A stretch of 63,942 nucleotides of DNA, filler included, from Hyphochytrium catenoides (Eukaryota; Protista; Hyphochytriomycota): assembly GCA_900088475.1 (NCBI GenBank). It is 5 parts of 5 records of this genome, joined end to end, with 100 filler letters (N's around TTAATTAATTAA, not from the genome) between each part and the next. Parts side by side here need not be neighbours in the genome. Positions count along the whole stretch, not along the records: positions 34,877 to 59,207 come from FLMG01003816.1; 4 more parts are not named here. One strand, 5' to 3'. Shown one piece after another: positions 36,860 to 49,000 of the stretch. Position 1 is the first letter of the stretch, and every line of letters begins with the position of its first letter. The position numbers and the translations under genes are program-made. Below the pieces are notes generated by a model that was not told the DNA's origin, ran no database searches, and saw nothing but the letters and a program-made list of their open reading frames with translations.

Positions 36860-39800
36860 ATGGAGGACACGCGCACAGCTGCAACGCCTGACACCCTAGA
36901 GAAGCCAGACTTTGCGTTAGAGATAGCGGGCTTCCTTGCAAAGGCGACTGCATGGAATGCGGCGCGCCATGAGTACATCGTAGACGCGGTGATTGACAGA
37001 GGGCGACAAACAGCCTCCCAAACTAGCCGCAAGAGGAAGTTACCCGGCTCTGCTCCGGCTCCCTATCCGAGGGATGGGTACACAGAGCAGCTGCGAGAAA
37101 GGACAAAGTTTGAGCGTCTGTTGGCTGGTAAAGACACTGGACAAAGCAGCAGCAGCTACGCAAGAGCTCACTCCGAGGCCGTAGAGGAAACGAAGAAGTC
37201 CCTTCAGCAGCTTGACGACCTTCTTCACAGGTTGCGGGAGGTAAGGGCAGAAGCATCGTCTCCTGACTGGACACACGGTCCTTTTATTGGCGACTTTCAG
37301 GCAGCTCAGCGTCGCTCCTGCTCTGAATCGCGGGACCTCTCCGAGATGGATTTTTCTTTCTTCCTTCTATACTGCCAGTGTCTCGCCAGCCATGCCTTCC
37401 TTCTGCCTTCCTCGCTTATCTGCCCTTACTAGGGTTTCTCTCTCCCTCTCCTTTTTCTCTTTTTTCGTCTCTCTCCGTTGTCTCTTTCTCCTCCTTGTTC
37501 TCTCTTGTCCTTCGGAGACTGTCTGGTTCATATGATACGCTTATCCAGCTCTTTGCGCTTGCCGTTTCCCCTTTCTCTTTGAAACAGGCCCTGTATGAGC
37601 GACAGAACAGCGCCTTTGCTCTGGGAGCCTTTGTGGTTCAGCACAAGGTATCCTACTCTCAAGACGACCTCTTAATCTATCGCCGATAGCCTTCATTGTA
37701 CCTGACGATAGACAGATCCCAGCCTTTCTAGGTGCTTTAATGGCCTCAGAAACTATCAGACAATCTTCCCTAGCCGAAGTGCTGATCGACTGCGGTGAGA
37801 AACGTAACGCGCAGCAGAGAGAGGGCGGGCAGGGTACCCGAGACGCTGACTATTGGCTAGTAGGAATCGCTAGAAGGGGCTGTACCGTCTGCCAATGAGT
37901 TCTGGCAGTGCTGACTCTCTTTCTTTTCTGTTTCCGCAGTGCTTTCTCTCGTGTTTGAAGGTCCAGACGATAGCTTCGAGAGAAAAGCAAGCGAGTGGGC
38001 AGTGTCTACCATTCAGAGTGAGTTATCATTGAAAGCTTGAAGACTCTTCTCTACTCTATTGTCAGTCCTATGCCAAATGCTTTATCTTTGAAGTCTCTTT
38101 CTGACGCTCATATCTCTGACGCTGACAGGCCTCCTAGCTCAGGAGAATCCCTTGGATGTCGGCAGTCCCTGCTCTCCTGCAGTGGACGCGATGATGGCTG
38201 ACCTAGGACTTGATGTTATGGGACACAGTTGCAAAAGAGCGAATGCGGGTAGGACGTAGACACAAGTGTAGCTCAAGAGAAGAGTGGCAGGTTCGAGCCC
38301 AAAGAGGGAAGAAGTATGTAGCTAAAGTACGACCAGGTCTCGTACATACGAAGAGAAAGAGAACAAGGGAGAGAGAGTGAAAGAGAGAGAGAAAGAACGT
38401 TGGAAATATGGTTAGAGAGAAGCATTTATCACGAGGTGATACGTTTCACTATATTTAAACTGTGACATCATATGCAGTGATGCAGGAGACAGTGCGGAAT
38501 GCGCTCACGGCCCTAGACTCTGCCCACTGGCGGGCTCTAAACCCTCAGGTCAGTGTCTATGGAAACTATGCCCTGCTTTGCAAGGTCTAACTTCTGAATT
38601 AGGAACGAGAAGGCCATAATGACCAGGAGAACTTGGCCCAGCTCTTCTCGGCCTTAGTGTCATCGACAAGCTCATTATCCAAGGAACAACGACTATTAGA
38701 GAGCATCACAGACGCTGCTGAGAGGCAATTCTCAGCCTCGCCTGCTTCAGAGGTACGCCAAAGACTGTCATAGTACGATTCGGGTGCAGCAAGAACTAAC
38801 ACAAGTTGAAAGCCTTTGCTACAGAACTGGATCAAGGAACTATGCTCGTCGCGTTCGTCGTCACTCTGCCATTCTTCTTCATTTGCCAACCTCTCCAACT
38901 TGACCAGGACCAAGTTGGCGCTGCAGGATGGCTTCGTATGGGTGAAAGTTGCGCGCGAGACTATCGTGAGAGTACGGCGAGGTGGACCGATCAGCAACTT
39001 TGAGGAGATTCTGGACTCCTTTCCTCTGTGCTCCTGCCTGGAGTCTTCCCATCCCAAGGGTGGAGATTGTACACAGACAAGTAGGCTATACCTGAAAGAG
39101 CCGAGGCTCCACATCCTATTTATGAAGACTTTGCAATGGTATGAGAAAGGTTTTGGCTAGGAAATGGACCGCATGATTTTTGAAAAGAGAGAAGAGAGAG
39201 CGGTAGAGCAAGGAAGTCTGGCAATTCCGTGAGGATCCTCAAGAGGCATAGCATATGAGATGTACCGTTAAAGGGAATAATGAGCGGTAAGTAAGTTTTG
39301 CTAATGCCTGCTGCTCCGATAGGGAATACCGAGAGGAACCCTCTCCCTGGCTGGTTCTGCTGGCAAAGGAGGTATCGTCAAGACTCCAGCGACGTCTTAC
39401 CGAGCCGGGGCTCCAAGACTACGCAGATGGTATACTTGCAGTAAAAGACTACGTTCCGTTTGCCCGCAGACATGGGAAGCTGTTGTCGGCTCTGTCTCGT
39501 CTTTCGGTTATTTCCCAGACAGAGAGAGAACTAGGCGACATAGTCCAAGAGATTTGTTCTCTCTCTAGCATGGACCAAGAGCGACTATTTCGAGAGCAGC
39601 TTTTCGTAGCGCATTGCTTTCCTGGCTGTCTCTCAAAGATCGTGGGTCATGTGCTCTCTACGTGGCCTTCTCTAATCGATCCGTATAGAGAGTCTGCGCT
39701 CGACTTCCTGACAGAGCTTTACAACCTGTTGTTGCCGCTGCTTCCCGAGAAGACGGGGCAAGTCAAGCAGGACTTGACCACCTTCCTATCTGCACTTTCA

Positions 39801-40675
39801 GAGTGGAGCAAGGCGCTCGCTACATTGAGGTCGCTATTGCATAGCTCTGCCTCTGGGTTAAGGTACAGACCAAGAGCTCCACTCGCTTTCTCTTGGTCTT
39901 TACGACTTCTCGCGTTCTCTGCCTCTGAACAGCTGCATCGTTGATTTAGCTGCTGCTTGCGTTGCTCTCAGGGCTATCTCATATTGATCATACCCCTCTA
40001 TCCAGTGATGTGCTCCAGCGCTCGGCAAACTTCTCCTACCTCCTTGTTACATGGGTGTTGGCAGTCAAGATTGGCAGCGATGGGGAGCGGGAGCAATTGG
40101 CCAAGGAGATTGTGAAGCTTATACTGGTGGCCGCGGAGGGACATAGCGCAGCAGAGGGAAAGCAAGGGAATTCTCGGACTCGGGGGAACGAAAATAACGA
40201 ATCCAAGGGCGATCCCGATGAGCTTGGCAGGAAGGAGGTGGAGGAAACTAACAAGGAGAGGTATGGCTAACAGTCGGCTTCCTGAGCTGAAAATTTAGCC
40301 GCTGCAACTAATGCTAGCACCCACAGACGCTGGATGCTCCGACTGGCGGTAGAACCACTCCGCTATGCAGCTCAGGTAGGCATCTTTGTCACTTCGTTAT
40401 TACCCTATGTTCTCTTTGTATGATAGGTCCGCCATGGGCTTGTAGATTGTCAGACCACGCTCTCTCTCACCGACGAAGAAAGATGCGACCCGATCTATTC
40501 TCACTCTCTTGGTTTATATCTCTCCTAGGTTCGGGAGTCGGTTTCTATGGTTAAAGCTCTCCTCAGCTCATTGCGCGAAGCAGAGCAGGGGTCTAATGAC
40601 GCCGCAAAGTTTGGCCAGAAAACCAAGGAGGATCTCAGCCTTGTTCTTCGGAGCACAAATTTGACCTCCTTTTGA
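36860..40675 (+). CDS. Hypothetical alpha-helical protein (>=11 exons), with NLS-like RKRK
   Basis: Phase-compatible GT-AG exon chain from MEDTRTAATP... through ALYERQNSAF, IPAFLGALMA, NWIKELCSS and EYREEPSPWL to the last exon VRESVSMVKALL...TNLTSF* (40675). One junction near 39900 is unresolved. No recognised domain. Confidence 0.65.
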
Positions 40676-42037
40676 TTCTGAAAGTCGCTGAGGCATGACG
40701 CCAGTGAGACATGATATCTTTGGTTCTTTTGCCAACGAGACCACTGTGAGTCAGAAAGACTTTCAGTTGTACCCGACGCTTCTCATTACCTATTATAAGT
40801 TAGGAGAGGGCTATCGCTAGGCTTCATATAAACTTCGAACTTCGTGGCAGCAACCTCAGAACTGTTCTTCTACAGCACTCAGTAGACAAGAGTCGCTGTT
40901 GCCTAGCGCTACGATGTAGACAAAGGTGTCATCGACGTGAGCAAATATTATCATATAAGCAAGTGGTCGCTATGGTGCTTGTTTGACTCCCCGAGCTGGC
41001 CCTACATGAGCCAGAAATTGCGAGGAATAGAAGCGGATATTGATGCTGCCGCCTCGCTCCATGTAGATGGTTATCGCTCTGGCGGCGACCAAAAGAAGCG
41101 CAAGAGGGCAGACATGACTCATGATCGAGTGCAAAGAGTGACTTCCAATCTAGAACATTTCCAGTGTTCTTTGTCCTCATGTACCGCAGATCTGTCACAA
41201 AATGTAGTGGTGCCAGAGCCAGTGTTAGGCTTGTCAGAAGGGGACTATTCTTTTTCCTTCCAACCAAAGAAGGCACTGTTCTGTTTCCTTCTTCTGTGGC
41301 TCACATCTTTTCATCACGCATGCCACTTTCGTAGGTGAGTTTACAGATCACCACCCTCAGCATCAGTAACACAGTCCTTAGCTGAAGCAGCAGCAGAAAG
41401 TTGGCGATAAAGTAAGACCAGAAAGAAGACTGGCGATCGAAGGAAGAAATGCAAAGAATGTAGAATAAGAGAACCCCAGAACAGAATAATCTTTCGCAAG
41501 AAAGACGTAAGAAGAGAGACAGACAGAGAAAGAGAGAGGCAGAGAGAAGGAGAGAACAAGAGAGGGAAAACCGGGACAGCGCTCATGGTGGATACATCTT
41601 GGAAGGCTGCTTGATGCTCAGAAAAGCTCAAGAATATCTGTGGCTGGCTATGAAGTTTACCCTTCCAAGAAGGAAGAAAAAGAACTGGCGAAAGAGACGA
41701 GCCCACACGTAGAGCTCTATACTCTGCCTTCGCATTCCTTTCATCTTGGTCGCCCGCGCTTGAGTGCCACGCTATACTTCCGCCCTACGCTCAGCGAAGA
41801 GCTGAGTATAGACTATAGACCTCGTACATTCGTAGTGGCCATAAGGCCAGTCTCCAACAAGGCATCGCGAGTCGTCAAGGGTGAAGGCGATGGGCGGCCG
41901 CAATGGGAAGTGAGCAGCGAAGAGGACGAATCACCAGGAGAACTAGGAGAATGCACCAAGGAAGTGTGTGAGAGAGAAAAGAGAGACAATTACGCAGTGG
42001 AAAAGAGCGAGAGAGANNNNNNNNNNNNNNNNNNNNN

Positions 42038-42069
<32 letters not shown>

Positions 42070-42631
42070 AAGAGAAGAGAGGGCAAAAGAGGAAGATGGG
42101 GCACAGAACGGGCTGAGGAACTGGAAAGGCGAGACACAGAGAAAAAGAGAGGACATAATAATTTACATCCCATTTATCCGATTTGAATATTTCACCGGAG
42201 TTAAGCTGACTGTTCGTAACCACGCGTCTTCCTCCTCTCCAACGTTTCATGAGAGGAACGGAAATGTTTCCGCGGCAATCTCCAGAAGAAGGTGGGTGGG
42301 CGATTGTTAGTGAGACCAGTTTCTCTCTACTACGCAGCCCATCCGCCCCCATCATTCAATTCAACTCCTCCTTCTTTTAGGAGATGTGACCACCTACATT
42401 ACTACTCCACTAGTGGGCGTCATATCAGCATTTTTTGTTGACTACTGGCACTATTATTACTCTCCGTTTAGGAGATTGCACCATGCTAACCCATGTCTAA
42501 CCTAAACATATGCCGAGGAGGGAACGCCTTATGTTCCTGTGGTCTATAATAACCTGATCATAAGCCGTCGTGTGTTTGTGTGTTGATGTTTGGCCTTGCT
42601 GGTGACTCTTCACTGATGATGGATGCTCTCC

Positions 42632-42674
<43 letters not shown>

Positions 42675-43233
42675 TCTCTCTCTCTCTCTCTGTTTCTCTC
42701 TCTCTTGTTCTTTTGTATCTCGAGCTCTATTCTTCTCTCTTCTCTCCCCACCCTCTGTCATTTATCTATTTTTACCCAGGCATCTGTATCTTTCTCTTCG
42801 GCATGGCCTTCCATAAGTGTATGATTGAGAGTAAATGCTCTTCCTTGTTCATGTCTTTTCTCTCCTTTCCCTGATCTCTCGGACCTCACTCGCCATGGTC
42901 ACTCCTCCTCCTCCCCCTCGTACTGCCTTGGAAGTGGAAGCCTTCTGTCTTGGCTCGTGATGATCTTCAACTCTGTCTTCCTTCTGACAGCCAGCCCTAT
43001 GACGCGGGTTCTCACCGAGTTCTGTCTTCACGTCCTTTCTACCCACCGTATCGCTCTTCCCTTTGGGCACTCTATAACGATATAAGTCGAGGGCATCTCT
43101 CTCCTACTTCATCCTCCTCTCAGTTTGGCTTTCTCCCCTTCGTTCCGTTTACCGCTGTCTTCCAGTTCTGTCTCGCTTACTGTGCCACTGAACCCGCCCT
43201 CTCTCACTCTCACTCTCTTCTCTCCCTTCTTTG

Positions 43234-43281
<48 letters not shown>

Positions 43282-43608
43282 CAACACAATTATCTCCAGC
43301 TACTTGCGGAGTCTCTCTCTCTCGTTAGGGGACTCCTTCTCGTCTGTAAAAACTCTTGACTTCTCTCTTCCTGTCATCTTAGTGGGTTAGTGGGGAGCTG
43401 GGCGACGTTTGTAAAGAACCAAGAGAGTAAGCGAGAGAGACAAGAAAAGGAAAAAGGACGCGGCTCTGAACGTTCTTCTTGCTCTCTCTTCGCTAAAGAC
43501 CTTGGTGCTGCGGTTGCCAGTTCATCGACTTCGTCCTGAGCGCTGGTAGGAGAGCCTCGTACTGAAGCTCTGCCAACGACAGTAGAACGGTAAAGACCAA
43601 ACTTAACG

Positions 43609-45606
43609 ATGAACTCAGACGACCCCCGGCAAGAGGCTGAAGACGAGGAAGGGGCAAGTCAGGAAGTGGTCCGGACGGGAGAGGAGGCAGGCGAGATAGA
43701 GAGAGCATCTCGATCGCAGGTCGAGGGAGGTGACGAGGGAGATCTTGAAAGTGAGGAGCCAGACCTAGAGGCCGGAAGGGTGGCACAGTCTGCGGGCCAA
43801 CAGCCCAGGCGGAGAAGAGACTTCGGCCAGCCTTCTAAAGTTGTCTATTTTCCGGACCTCGACCAGAGAGCGACAAAAGTCTCCCTTGAGAACCTTCTCT
43901 CACCCTTTGGCCCCGTGGACTATATTCTAATGATGCGAAAAGGCACAGAAGCGCTGGTGCAGTTTCCCGACGAACAGGCTGCTGGGACCGTTGTTCAGTG
44001 GTTCAATCGATACCGCACCTTCCTCTTCTCGAAGAGAGTAAGACCCAGTTTCTCCAAAAACAAGGAACTCGACAGGTCTTCAACGAATACTATGACTATG
44101 TTCCATCCGGTTTGTTGTTTGACGTGGCCATCTTGTCGTCTTGCGTGTCTTTTCCTGGTGGTTGTGCACCATTGCCGCACAGGAGAGATTGCGTGTGCTC
44201 TGTCTCTCTTAGTTTTGCTCCCTGATAATGTTAGGACCTCCTTGATATTGGCTCGTTACTCAGGGCTTTGCAATCTTAATACCTGTATTCCTCGTAGCCG
44301 TTCTCTTGAATCAGTTCTAAGCGCGTCCTTCTCCTGGCCACCTCCAGGGCCGCCGCACATCTCGCCAACCGCTTCGAGACTCCATCCGTTCCTCATGGTC
44401 AAGAAGAAGCCACACAAGTATGAAAGCTAGGAGAGAGTTAGCTCTCACCCTCACATCTCTTTGTTCTGTCCGGCTTTCGTTCGTCTCTGCCTATTCCGCC
44501 TAGTTGCTGTGTCTTAACTCGCTTCATGTCACTCTTAGCCTACTGAACGGTACCAGCAGTCAGTACTCCTAGTCATTGGCATCAACCCTGAGATTGTTAC
44601 CTGTGATTTGCTGTTCAATCTGTTCTCCTGCTACGGCGATGTTAGCCTCATCAAGATACTACGCAGCAAGCAGGTGAGTATCCTCTAAGCGGATGGGGAG
44701 CAGGGCCCTTATCTAATTCTAATCCGTGCGGTATGTTTTTCTGTGCTTTCCTCTTTCCTCTACCCTGTAGGATCACGCACTAATTCAAATGGTCTCACCG
44801 GATGGTGCCTCGAACGCCGTGGGGCACTTAAGGAATATCGATCTCTTTGGACAAGCGTTAACTGTGCAGCGTTCTAGACTAAGCAGCATAACGTTGTCCG
44901 ACGGCGATATCCAGGAGGGGTAGGAGACAAGAGCAAAAGAGAAACAATGAGCTAAAATGCTGAATGTACTAAATTTCTGCTTGGCCTTTTTGCAGCCTTG
45001 CGCGGCACTATGGCCGCTCGAGCAGCCGCTTCACACGGAATCCCGAGGCTGCAAATCGGTACATGACAGCCCCGACCCCCGTCCTCTATGTGACCAACCT
45101 GCCTGGCAAAGGCCAGATAAAAGAAGACGCTGTGAGTACGTTCTTCGCAGATCTTACGGGCAATGAAATCAAACAGGTAATGGTTTTAGGGCGCAGAATA
45201 TTCACAGAAAGGGCATATCCGGTACGGCTTCATTAGGTAGTTCTTTGACTTACAGCATCAGCGTACAGTCATTCTAAGTCCCGGAGCCGTTGCGGCGCTG
45301 CAAGAAGCTGCGGCGACCCTTCGAAAGGTGCTTGTGGCTCACTACTAATCTCAATAATACCCTTTGCTCTTCTCTTAGGTACAAATGGTCTCACCTCCCG
45401 GAGCTAGCGACAGGCTTCATGCATTGGTGCAGTTCCCTTCGGTTGGAGACGCGGTGAAGGCTCTAGTTCTGGGGCACAACAACCGGTTCTTTGGCAGGCC
45501 CATCAAAGTTTCCTTCTCGACCACTCACAAGCTCCGCGACCCCACTGTGTCTCTCTCTCCCAACGCTGGACTCTCCTCACTCGATCCCCTGCCAGCGGCT
45601 GCTTGA
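43609..45606 (+). CDS. PTB/hnRNP-L-family RNA-binding protein with three RRMs (RRM1, RRM3, RRM4)
   Basis: RRM1: PSKVVYFPDL...LLSPFGPVDYILMMRKGTEALVQF...FSKNKEL. RRM3: SVLLVIGINPEIVTCDLLFNLFSCYGDVSLIKILRSKQ|DHALIQM. RRM4: APTPVLYVTNLP...HALVQFPSVGDAVKALVLGHN...IKVSFS. All are diagnostic of the PTB family. Confidence 0.88.
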
Positions 45607-46004
45607 AGTCTTCCACTCTCGTATACCAATCACTCTCTAGTTGTTCTGTTTCTCAATGGTGGTAGTCTCTCCCTCTCTTTCTCTGTGGCCCTGAATATGC
45701 TGATAGAAAGTAAGAAAGGAGCACTTTGTCTTAAACCATCGATGCGCCTTCCATCTTCCACTATCCGCCCACGATTACCCTAGACAGGAAGGCTGCAAAG
45801 TCAGTACAAGTCTACTGTTAAGCCGAAGGTAGGCTCCCATGAGCAAAGAGGCCCTGAAAGGAAAGGTACCATGAATGTAGGAACAACAATAGGGCTAGAC
45901 TGTTGCCACTGCAAACACGAATAGGCTACTCGCTACGCTCTGAAGAAATCGCCGTTTGAGTCCTCTTGCTTGGGTATGTGTTTCGTCTCTCAAGCATGCA
46001 TCTG

Positions 46005-49000
46005 TCATGGCTGCCTCGTCTTACAAGATCGAAGGGCTTGAAGCTCTGTTTGGAGCCTCTTCACCTCCTGAACCATGCAGAAGGCGTAAGGGCCGTAACA
46101 CCTAATTACTCAATCTCTGAAGCATGGCAAAATAGGTCGATAGCAGTAGATGCTAAACGTCAAGAAGGTAGCAGTCACGAGAACATGAGAGCGTCATGGT
46201 CAGGGCATATGCAAGACGCTGCATGTCGTAAGTGTGACGAAGGGTGCGACAAGTTGGCAGGGCGAGATGTCTTCTGCTTTCTTACCGTCTTGAGCTGTGA
46301 GTTTTGCTCTTTGATGTTCTGCAAATGTTTAATCTTCTGTTTGCTGTTTCGATGGCCCGCTAGCTCAGCACACAGAGAGTTCAATCTTTCCACCTCGGCT
46401 TCTTTTTCGCGCTCTTGAGACCGAAGCTCCTCCACCTGATAGGGATTGAAAGAAACAAAACACGTCAGAAGAGCGAGAATAACTTTGGCATTAGCAGCGA
46501 GAACAGGACGGCGGCCACAGCTTAAGAGATCCTATCAAACGAAATACGGCCATACATTGATTAGATTTTGGCTCCAATAGCAGAGGCAGTAGACTAAAAT
46601 AGTTTCCTTACCCTCTCTAATAAGCCCTTGAGCTCTTCCTTTGCCCTGCTGACCTCCTCTGCCCAGAACTTCTCACTGCCCTCAACAGTCAGTAGGCGCT
46701 GAACTAGTGAAGAGCGCTCAGACTCTCTTTCCTGAGTCAGGATTGCTACTTGTTGTTCCAGCATGGTCACCTGCAATATATTTGGAAGGAGACATTTCTT
46801 AATGTTGAGACTCAATTTTCGATGATGATCTATCGCCAGCGACGAGTTTATGTTCCGAGGAGAGTATCTAATAGCTTCGACTCCTATGTCCTGTCACTGG
46901 ACAACGAACGCCGTTGCGGAAAGAGAAGGATGCCAACTCTGTCTGTGGTACGTACTTGTGAAGCCAGTATGGAATTGCTATTCTTTTCATCTTGGAGATG
47001 CATTTGCATCTCCTCCATGCGCATAGTACTCAGGGCCTTGTGAAATATGGTAAGATTTTGGCGGAAGGAGCAGCTGAGTGGTCCGGACAGTCGTATCGGC
47101 ACCGACAGGTCGGTGGAGAGTTGCACTTGCTTACCTTGTGGCTCTCAGCCATCTCCTGAGTAGTCTCTCTGGCCTCCAAAGCTTCGTCCAACAGTTGCCT
47201 GAGTTCCTCCGCCCGCATCTTCTCGGCGACCAGTGTACTCTTGAGCGCGTCGATATCCCGTAAACTCTCTCTGGCCGCTGCATTCTCTACTCCCAGTCGG
47301 TGTACCTCTCCCTCCATCCTCACTAAGCAATCCTGATACATATAGGCAGTATGAGAAACGCAGAGCTTATGACCTTGGGCACTTTAATACGTCGCTGGGA
47401 AACTTAGCCACTGCTACCTTCAAGGATGTATTGATCCTTTGGGCTTCCTGCAGCTTCAACATAAGGACCCTTTTTTCCTCTTCACTTTCTTTGAACAACA
47501 AGTCACGTGCAACGGCTTCTTTTATCAGAAGTGCGTTTTCTGCAATTACTGTCTGTTCATTTCGGTCTTTGTCCGCCAGCTCTTGCGTCTTCTCCATCAA
47601 ACGGTGATAGCTATGGATAAGTTGCCTCTATTATAGAGGACACAATGGGAGAAGCTTAGTCAGGATAAGCGATGGACGAAGACGAAATTGTTGTCCCCGT
47701 ATAGGAGACGGTGATGAATGAAGAAGGGAAATGAGGGTACCAGAGAGCAGTTCGCTCTAAGATGCTCTTAGTGGAGAGAGTGAGATGACATTATCGAGGC
47801 AGATAGCCAAAGCGACTAGGAGGTAAAACTTGCTCAAGACATAGGGTTGGTTACCTGCTTTGCTGCGAGGTCCTCATTCATCATCAGTGCTCTCTCATCA
47901 TCTCTCTGTTTGACGACGTGAGTTGCCTCCAACATTTCCGATTGGGCACTAACGGTCAGTCGCAACTGCTGAAGCTCGTTCTCCCGCTCCTCGCCCTGAC
48001 GTTGACTAAGGAGAAGTTCGTTCTACACGGAAGAAACATGGTGCATAAATATAGATAGACCTTCATGAATCTGATGAAGAGTTAGGACAATTAACATTGA
48101 GACTATATGCGTAGGAGACCCAGTGATGTGGCGAAGGAGCCCGCGATCATAGGGACGAGGATTCATGGAGGAGGTTCATGTCACCTTAGATTGATTGAGA
48201 CTCTCGGTTACGAGATCGTGCTGAGTCTGCGCCAGCGTCAGATCTTCCATAAGCTGCTCGACGCGTCCCTGGGAAAGCGGAAAACAAAGCCATTAATTAA
48301 GAAAAAAGTGGTTGCAATGTGGAAAGAAATCGACGGACAATTGTGGATAGATGTTGATATTGGGCATACCTGGATTGTCCTTTCTCTCTCGAACATAATC
48401 TCCTTCTCCGCTTCTCGTTCTAGCAGTATCTTCGCTACTCGCGCCTCTGTTTCCTTTGAAAACAAGAATGAGTGAGGCCTCCTTAGCTTTTATAAGTCGG
48501 GGCATCCAGGAAGGTGAAGAGAAAGAACAACCTTTTCAAGCTCCGCGTATCGCTCTTGGAGGTTCTCGACTTCCTCCTTCTTGACCAGTATGGTCTTCTC
48601 TCGTTCTTCTAGATCAGCACTCATCTTGTCCGTTACTAGCTGAAGCTCTCGGTAAAGGGCCTCCTTGCAACTTGCGCTTTGCTCTCGCTCCTTCTCAATT
48701 AGACCACAAAGATTTTCCCGCTCCTTTTCCCTTTCCTCACGCTCTTTCAAGAGCAGCAGGTGGTTCTGCGCTATTTCGGCATCACTCTTCTCCTTTTGCT
48801 TCCGAAGTTCTTCCTTGCTCTCCTCCTTCTCTGTTTGCAACTGTTGCTCCCATTTTCTTCGCTCATCTGCCCTTTCTCCTCTCTCCTGCTCTAGCAGCCG
48901 TCGACTCTCCGCCTGTTCTCTTTCTCTTTCTTCCTTTGCCAGTTCCATCGCTTCCTTGGCTCGCTGGCTATCACGCTCCATTGTGGCGCGGTGCTCCTGC

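Noticed and set aside
38266-38300. tRNA-like boxes GTAGCTCAAG and GGTTCGAGCCC in an intron
   Set aside because: The boxes are too close together and there is no cloverleaf or anticodon arm.
40929-42116. ORF fragments of 115-158 aa
   Set aside because: No coherent splice model or recognisable domain; the region has intervening stops and a gap.
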